This document shows, in pieces, positions 55,626 through 64,000 of a stretch of 64,000 nt of DNA (position 1 is the first letter of the stretch; each line of letters opens with the position of its first letter). Source of the DNA: Octopus vulgaris. Its lineage: Eukaryota. Where the stretch lies: contig OX597840.1 in NCBI GenBank assembly GCA_951406725.2, positions 39,432,001 through 39,496,000 on the forward strand, written 5' to 3'. The notes beneath the pieces were generated by a model, which saw nothing but the letters and a program-made list of their open reading frames with translations, ran no database searches and was not told the origin of the DNA. The translations under genes were made by a program, and so were the position numbers.

Positions 55626-56130
55626 TACCAAACAAAGAGTGATAGATAAAAAGGTAGATAGACAGAATGCTTAAGCATCTCTTAATGTTAATTCTACCAT
55701 ACTTGGAATAGCCTTGCATTTACACACCGATTTAATTCCTCTCTATTCCATGCAACGTATAGCAGAAAGGGAATAACCGTGACTATAACCACAAATGTGG
55801 TAATGCTTCATGGAGACCCTAAACATATAACCCTTATATTTTTATTTATAGATGTTGCAATTCAATAGAGAAATACATATGCACACATTTATGAATATGT
55901 GTCTGCGTATACAAATATACACCCGTGCTCACACACAGAAACACTCACATACATGCAAATCTATTAGAGAGAGAAGTAAATTGGAGAGTGTAGATGTGTA
56001 TTTCATTAGTTGACAGCTGTTTCGTAACTTGTGGTAGGCTTATAAACAAAACTACATTACGCGTCACTTGTATGTAAATGAAAATATATGTGAACATATA
56101 TGTATATGTATGTATGTATGTAGGTATGTA

Positions 56131-56197
<67 letters not shown>

Positions 56198-56354
56198 CCA
56201 TAAATATAATTGGTGTGAGACTTATTTGACTAATACAGATTGCGAAGCTTCTGTCAACTTATGGAATAAACACACTTTATTTCACTTCGCTTCTATCTGC
56301 TTGGAGTTTATACATAAATACAAGTAGACATATATATATATGTCTTTCCTTATA

Positions 56355-56530
56355 TGTCTTTCCTCTGTCTTCCCTTCTCTGGATCTTTCCTTCTCCTATG
56401 TTTCCGACGAAGAGCTCCGCTCGAAACGTTAAACCCTCCTTCTTTCCTTCTTTCCTGAGCGTCTAATAATACTATATTTGTTCCACGTCCTCGCGTTGTT
56501 GTGTTTTTTTGTGCTTTCTTGTTTGGATTA

Positions 56531-56535
<5 letters not shown>
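56355..56535 (+). mobile_element. PLE-like stub family F with hammerhead (56400-56434)
   Basis: gttt CCGACGA a gagc-tcc-gctc GAAA CG TT aaac, with all stems intact. Confidence 0.8.
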
Positions 56536-56569
<34 letters not shown>

Positions 56570-57516
56570 ATACGTAATTACGGACATACTCTCCTAGATA
56601 TCAACCAACATAATTACTTATATACAAACACAAATACTTACATACACATACACACATTCACACAATCCTTGCATCTCAACTAATCCATAACCACCGTGTG
56701 CTTACTTGGCAGAAATTCGTTCTCATTGCTATTTCATCGGGTATTTATTTTCAGCAGTTCTGAAGCAAAGGTGTTTTTCCTCGAGTTTAGAGGCCACCGG
56801 TGCACTTCCCGTTCAAGTGATGTTAACTTTCTCCTCAAACCTTGTTCATTTACCCCTTAATTTGAATTGAAAAAATACCGCAGTACCTGGCGTACCAAAG
56901 TAGTACATATTTTAAGTATGCTACATATAGGGCTATTTCAATTGGAATCGAACTGAATTGCATTGCACATACCGGATTTTATTCAACAAGGTGGCTGTTT
57001 GGAACATCAGTGACAGTTTAATTCAATATGTCTTATTTCGAAAGCAATGATTTTTTCTTCCAGTATTTGTTTGGTTCAAAGAACCCATCAGTGAAAATAT
57101 TGAAAATGGCCAATATGCATCTGGAGAATTACTATCTCACTTCGATATTTATTGAGTTTTAACACATAATCTTCATACGAAATCTTATCGCAGATTTAAC
57201 ACCGCAGAAAAATATATTTCAACGGTATATATACATTAAGTATGATACACAGATAACTAATATACTACTACCCTTTGCTCAATTTTCTGCACCACATTTT
57301 AATTTGTTTTCATTTTTCAGACACTGTTTCGTAAAATAGATTTTCAGACAAGCATCTTCCGTAAATTATGTACTTTCAATCCTGATTCCATGTTTTTTTT
57401 CGTTACACGGCCTTAAACAAACCAACAACAGTTGTAAAGATTGGAACACATAAACAGACCCAGACACCATATATGCATATACATATATATACCATACACA
57501 CACACACGCACACACG

Positions 57517-57585
<69 letters not shown>

Positions 57586-57889
57586 TTACTAATTTACTTA
57601 TTACTTATCTTATATTAAACTTTTTAATACTTTTTGATAGTTATATATATATATATAAAATTATAAATATAAATATAAATTAATAATTTTAAATTTAAAT
57701 AATTTCAGTTTTAAAATTTATATTTTATACATTTTGTAAATTATATTAATTATTTTTATTTTTATGTTTTGGTTTCTGTTTTTCACTGTTTGATTTGACT
57801 AATAGTGGTTTTATCTCTAATTTAATTTATATATATATATATATATATAAACTTCTTAACGAAAAACAAACATGAGCATATATATATAT

Positions 57890-58620
57890 TGCGGCGTCGG
57901 AGACATTGAAGACCCGAAAGTTCGTCCGGGGAGATGTTCATTTGTCGGGAACGCCTGCGAAAGTTAAACCGGTTCACAAGACGTTGCCAGATGCATGCAA
58001 AATGATCGACTGCTTAGAACCAGCCAGGAGATGGCGTCCAGTGGGATGTTCGACGGCCCAGATCGGTGAAGCAGTCCTCTTCGTTAGATGCAGGTGGAGT
58101 GTTGTGGAATAGCGCATATAGCCTGACACGGAGCACAAAGCTAAGAATATCAGCCCGGGTCTGAAATTCGTTACTGGATGGAGTGAGTGGGGTTCAAGCG
58201 AAGACCTCCAAATGAGAGGAGATCGCTGTACCTCTGGAGGAATGGTAACAACAGACTTAAATGGGGAGGGGTGGATGGGTTACATGCGAGAACGGTGGTG
58301 AGGGTAGAGGAAATCTGAGAGAAGTGAGAGGCGGGGTAAATGGTGAAGATTTTCTATTTTGGATATATTTGGGGTACTTAGGTCTGCTCAGGACTTAGTG
58401 CTTGCTTTTTCCATGGGTGTGAGTAAGTATTTCATTCATGTCTTACGTATTTATCGCTGAGGAAGAGAAAATTCTTATGAATTAACTCTGAAATTGGGAC
58501 CAATACGGTAATAACGGAATTTTTTAGAAATTTCTTTCGGCTTGCTTCGAGACGCATAAATTATAATGGTTATTGACAATTTTGTCTATTTTCGGCATAT
58601 TGGCATTAGAATTTTTCTTT
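57890..58620 (-). mobile_element. Penelope-like (Neptune-type) ORF N-terminal pseudogene (57890-58262) with upstream region
   Basis: Minus strand KSVVTIPPE..DLLSFGGLRLNPT / NEFQTRADILSFVLRVRLYALF...SHWTPSPG..AVDHF...MNISPDELSGLQCLRRR, the region preceding the IKPADKG motif of PLE RT; hammerhead remnant GAAAGAAATTTCTA near 58525-58540. Confidence 0.75.
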
Positions 58621-58646
58621 TGCCCTTATTTTATAAGTTATTTATT

Positions 58647-58710
<64 letters not shown>

Positions 58711-58886
58711 AATATACACACACACAACCATACATATGTATATTTATATATATATATAAATATACACACACACAACCATACATATGTATATATATATAAT
58801 GTATATATATATATACATATGTATGTGTGTGTATATATACACACACACACACATACGTATATATATATTTATATATACACACATAC

Positions 58887-58943
<57 letters not shown>

Positions 58944-60114
58944 GTTATACCATACTATATCATATTACATTATGTTTTCAGTGTTTATGAGTGGCTTTCG
59001 TTGTCTCTTTCCGTCTCTTTGTATATAAGCGGCGCTTCAGGTTCTCTGAGGCATCGACCACCGCTATACATATTTTCCTCCGTCATTAAAAGCGATCTCA
59101 AACCTAATAACACAAAACCAATATTTACATCTCTTCCTCCATTTAATTAATTACACGACTTCATACCGCAGATCGATGCAAGCATTTTCACTTAAGCCAT
59201 ACTACTAGCCATCAAATTCGCATTTCAATAGAGGCTGCCCGAAATCCATCCGAGATTTTCTTACGTCAATCAAGCTTGCATTACCAGCACCAATTAATTG
59301 CAATGAATGTTCGCATTTCAAAATATATTTTGATGGCTAATTAAGCTTTATTCTGGTCATCAGTTCAAACTGAATCAAAGAGACTTGCACCGCAATCATA
59401 CATTCATATTGATGGACAATAGCGTACAACTGAAATAGATCACATTTCATTTACTTCTAGTCACTACCAATCCGAGTGAAATTAGCACATCACCTATATC
59501 GCTGCTGTTCTCTACATTAGTCGATTCATAAATTTAATTATAGTGCAATATACTCCATCACTTGCCTTTGATCTTTGAAAATCATTTCTATAAATTATTA
59601 TCTACAATACTATCTATAACACATAATTGTGTGTCTGTCTGTGTGTGTGTGTGTACGTTTGTGTTTTCCCGGTGATTTTGATCTACGCATGCAGAGAGAA
59701 ATGAAAGGAAGCGATGAAAATGAATCTTCGTTTTTAATGACCGAGCTCAGGCTGATACGGACACAGAGATGTCTGTTTCGACCCCCGTTTCAAGCCATTT
59801 AACTCATTTTTATTTTATTTATCTTTATATGCGAAACATCTTAATTTAAATTAGAATTAATAGTTATTTAATAATTTTTGACAACGTATATAATTTTCCC
59901 CAATTATAATCAATTTTAATTTGTATTCGAAAACCATAATATTTTGATTCCGCTAATCTCCGTTCATTTGCATTTAGTAAAAACAAATATTGACAGCCAT
60001 TGCATAATGGCTTCGTCTGCAAAAAACTGCAGTCAATTTCTGATAAATCGTACACTTAAAACTATTAAAAAATATTAAATATAAATTGCATAGTAATATC
60101 TTCTACCTTTAATG

Positions 60115-60310
60115 TTTTGCATCTTCATGGCATTAGACTGCTACCATGTTGTAGCATCTTCTTCAAGCGTTTATTTGCAGGAATCCATCTGGTACTTTTG
60201 AAGTCTGGTAATTATCATCTCCGTTTCTTTTGCCGCCAGGTTACCAGAACGTAATCATACTAACAAGATTGGTCAAGAATGGCGGATGACAAACAAAGCC
60301 CAAACACGCG
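60115..60310 (-). mobile_element. SINE family A, degenerate 3' half
   Basis: attagactgctaccatgttgtagcatc and tttcttttgccg motifs. Confidence 0.5.
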
Positions 60311-60407
60311 CGCACAAACCCCCACACACACACCCTCTCTCTCTCCCTCTCTCTCTCTATATATAGTTGGGGTACTTCATCATATGTTTTGTCATGTATT
60401 TTGGATT

Positions 60408-60815
60408 ATATTCTTTTATTCTTCTATTTGTTTCAGTCATTTGACTGCGACCATGCTGGAGCACCGCCTTCAGTCAAACAAATAGACCCCAGGACTTATA
60501 CTTTGTAAGCATACTACTTACTATATCTGCTAAGTTACGTAACTGCTAAGTTACGGGGAGGTAAACACAACAACATCGGTTATCAAAGGATAGTGGGGGG
60601 ACAAACACAGACACACAAACAAACTGACACACATGCTTATGTACATATACGAGGAGCTTCTTTCAGTTTCCGCCCACCAAATCCACTCACAAGGCTTTGG
60701 TCGGCCCGAGGCTACAGTAGAAGACATCTGCTCGATGTGCCACGCAGTGCGAGCGACTGACCCCAGAACCATGTGGTTGCAAGCAAGCTACATGCCACAC
60801 AGCCACTCCTGCGCC
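60408..60815 (-). mobile_element. SINE family A, full length
   Basis: Tail through head (cacagccactcctgcgcct). Confidence 0.9.
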
Positions 60816-60944
60816 TATATATATATATTATTTCCTTTCGTCGCGTTATCCTTTTATGAAATCTCTCGTGAAAATTGTAAAATATCTTTGGAATTTGCCC
60901 TTCAGTTGATATCGCTCTGGTGAATGAAAGAAATCACTTTGAAT

Positions 60945-61160
60945 ATTGGACTTAAATTTTGGCAGAAGGCCATCCAGTCTGAAAATGAGGAAAAATTGAT
61001 CACATCAACCCCAGTGCTGAAGAGGTACTTATTTTATAGACCCACAAAAAGATAGAAATCATTTGAACTCCGAAATGATGACCAGCAAAATCGAACTCGG
61101 TGGTGTTTGATCTCAGAATCAAGAGACTGACAAAATGCCACCAATTATTTTGCCAAAATG
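60945..61160 (-). mobile_element. SINE family B, degenerate
   Basis: aaattttggcagaaggc tail, ccccagtgc..ggtacttattttat, tttgatctcagaat. Confidence 0.55.
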
Positions 61161-61747
61161 CCACCATAATCATTTTGAATGCTATCATTTAAATCTTATC
61201 TTTCGATTAATGATAGATTTCTACCTGATTCGCATTCCAAACGAATAAAGCGAGAATTGTTATCGGTGTTATAATAGCAATTTAATTTGGATAAAATCGT
61301 CGGAGAATTCTCCGTATATGGTTTCGTTTTCTTTTCCTTTTGTCTGTTTTTATATCCAGAAATTGATTAGAAGTGTCATTCAATATAAATGTTTAGAATA
61401 AAATAAATACGCGAATAACTTGGAACGAGACGTAAAATAATTTCCCCAAACGTGACACCATTGCTTTAACGTACCTGTGTAAGAAAATAGATGAAATGAG
61501 ACTAATTTAAGTTTCAATCCAGTCAGGTTAGACAATGATTTAATTAGGTTCGGATTTCACCGTGCTTTTGCTTTTGTTCCTGTTGCTAAGCAGCGCGGTA
61601 ATTCTAATCAAACACGCATAAAGTAATCCGGCTGCAAACCTCCCATATTTTATTTAGGCAGAGGCGATAGAATTTGAAGCAAATTACAGTGGTTCGTCAT
61701 TCTTATTCCACTTTATATACTTATATACATACAGTCGTAGATTGCTT

Positions 61748-62047
61748 GTTCCTTCTCGAGCTATGTCTGGCTCATAAAGGGCCGGTTTTCCGATTTCCTT
61801 GGTGTATAGATTCCCAAACTAGATGGGATGCCGGTCCGTCGCAGGTGAGCTGCAAGATGCAGGAGGAAAGATTGAGAGAAAGGTGTGGCGAAAGAATCAG
61901 CAGAAGTTTGCCATTACCGTCTGCCGGAGCCGCGCGGGGCTCAGGTGTGTCGCTCATAAACATACATATCACACGGTCTGAGATTCGAACCTGCGATCCC
62001 TCGACCGCGGCTCCGCTGCTCTAGCCACTAGGCCATGTGCATCCACA
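61748..62047 (-). mobile_element. SINE family D (family C head, different tail)
   Basis: Minus head tggcctagtggctagagcagcggagccgcggtcgagggatcgcaggttcgaatc is shared with family C; the tail is shared with 52431-52609. Confidence 0.85.
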
Positions 62048-62080
62048 CAATCGTAGATACATATATACATACATACATAC

Positions 62081-62117
<37 letters not shown>

Positions 62118-62347
62118 CTTTATTTTAAGCAGCAGAAAATTCAACAAAATCTGTTACTCTGAGTTATATATATATCTGTTACTCTGAGTTTCTCGTTGCC
62201 GTTCATCGTTGCCGATGAACGGCAACGAGAAACTCAGAGTAACAGATTTTGTTGAATTTTCTGCTGCTTAAAATAAAGCATATTACTCTACCACTGGTAT
62301 TTGAGTACTCTTTTTTCCACCTTGTTTCACATTTATGTGTTTACTCC

Positions 62348-62349
<2 letters not shown>
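62118..62349 (+). mobile_element. PLE-like stub forming a palindrome (62118-62278) centred at its hammerhead (62212-62245)
   Basis: Arms meet at gttcatcg-ttgc-cgatgaac; plus arm CCGATGA a cg-gcaa-cg a GAAA CTCAGAG TA acag; (TA)n flanks. Confidence 0.8.
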
Positions 62350-62437
<88 letters not shown>

Positions 62438-62454
62438 TTGTATGTATGTATATC

Positions 62455-62812
62455 CTATTTGTTTCACCGCATTTAGCCAAAACAGTTGACGCCAGGATTT
62501 ATTCTTTGTAAGCCTAGTACTTATTCGACTGCGCTTTTTTTTTGCCGAACCGCTCATGACAGTGATGAAAACACACCAACATCGGTTGTCAATAGATGGA
62601 TGAGGGGACAAATACACACACACACACATACACACATATTTATAGATATATACGACAGGTTTCTTTCAGTTTCTGTCTACCAAATACATTCACAAGGCTT
62701 TGGTCGACCCGAGTCTATAGTAGAATACACTTGCCCAAGGTGCCACGCAGTGAGATTGAACCTGGGAACATGTGTTTGGTAAGCAAGCTACTTACCACAC
62801 AGCCACTTCTGT
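62455..62812 (-). mobile_element. SINE family A
   Basis: Body and head match; tail is partly missing. Confidence 0.85.
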
Positions 62813-63176
62813 ATATAGAAAATATATACACACATATACCTAAGTATATGTGTGCATGTGTCTGTGTATACATATATATATGTGTTTGTGTTGTGTGCGT
62901 GTATAGACAATGCGACCTCAGTAAGCCAGATGCACCAGTGATAAGAATAAATAAGATGATACTTCGATGTATATAAATATATAAAACTATGCGAAGAACA
63001 TCTTCAAAATTACACAAACACAGAAACCTTGCACGCACACACAAGCACGCATGATTCCAACCAGTCATGTATATATACACATACACAAACACACTCACAC
63101 ACACATATGTACATACAACACATACATATATACATAATAATTATAATTATGTGTATATAACCATATGTATGCATAA

Positions 63177-63207
<31 letters not shown>

Positions 63208-63225
63208 TATACATATATATTGATA

Positions 63226-63266
<41 letters not shown>

Positions 63267-63352
63267 GGAGAGATAGATAGATATAGATATATACACACAT
63301 AAATATATGTGTGTGTTTGTGTGTGCATGCATGCGTGTATGCATGTATGTGT

Positions 63353-63410
<58 letters not shown>

Positions 63411-63648
63411 ATATACATATATATATATTTATATATACATATATATATATATATTTATAAATATATACACACACATATATATATATTAATATTACAAATA
63501 TCTTTGACTGTATCTGTACATACGTGTGTCTGTGTCCTTATATTTATTATATATATATATATATATGTTTGTGTGTGTGTGTGTGTGTGTATGAATGCAG
63601 TAACATATACTTAAAACATTTCATTTAAAATTGTCCTCTTCGAATACA

Positions 63649-63686
<38 letters not shown>

Positions 63687-64000
63687 CAAAGCATTAAATT
63701 CTTGCTGTGAAACGAAACTCGAGGGTATTTATTTTTAAAACTATAAATTTATTTTCGTTACATCAAAGTTTAAATTATTCCTGCTGTGATGGTCTCTTCG
63801 TAATTTTCGAAAACTAGTGGAAAGGTCGGATAGATTCTAGTAAACAACCATGTCTTTTATTAGTTTAGTAATTCCTGCCTCGCTTGTACTTCCTCCCTGG
63901 GTGTTGATTTACCGGTATCTCTTATTCCGAAGCACACATAAGAACACTCTATCTCTTGATATTTCTCTCTGTGGCAGCTTTTGCTTCTACTTATTGCTGG

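Noticed and set aside
59600-59800. Helitron-like 5' end (tctacaatacta...gtctgtctgtg)
   Set aside because: No matching 3' hairpin plus CTAG found.

Overview
AT-rich eukaryotic non-coding DNA, very likely from an octopus (inferred from the SINE repertoire and the extreme (TA)n/(CA)n/(AAT)n/(GATA)n density). I found no convincing host protein-coding exon, and nearly all ORFs in the track are microsatellite translations. The window is a graveyard of mobile elements: about 35 tRNA-derived SINE copies in five modular families, two DD37D (maT-type) Tc1/mariner remnants, a pogo/Tigger-like MITE, a long-TIR foldback element, CR1, Tx1/L1-like and RLE (R4/Dong-like) LINE 3' ends, and many Penelope-like (PLE) fragments. 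Four signals stand out. (1) About a dozen minimal hammerhead ribozymes, including apparent natural G3:C8 and U3:A8 core swaps, often sit in near-perfect palindromes that fold back just upstream of the ribozyme. (2) A composite element joins a tRNA head, (AAT)n, a hammerhead and a PLE tail, and looks like a Penelope-mobilised SINE/retrozyme. (3) A Tx1-like LINE has four copies, all inserted into (GATA)n with nearly the same 3' junction. (4) Microsatellite types appear partitioned among retroelement classes. Coordinates were read by eye; ends of degenerate repeats are approximate.
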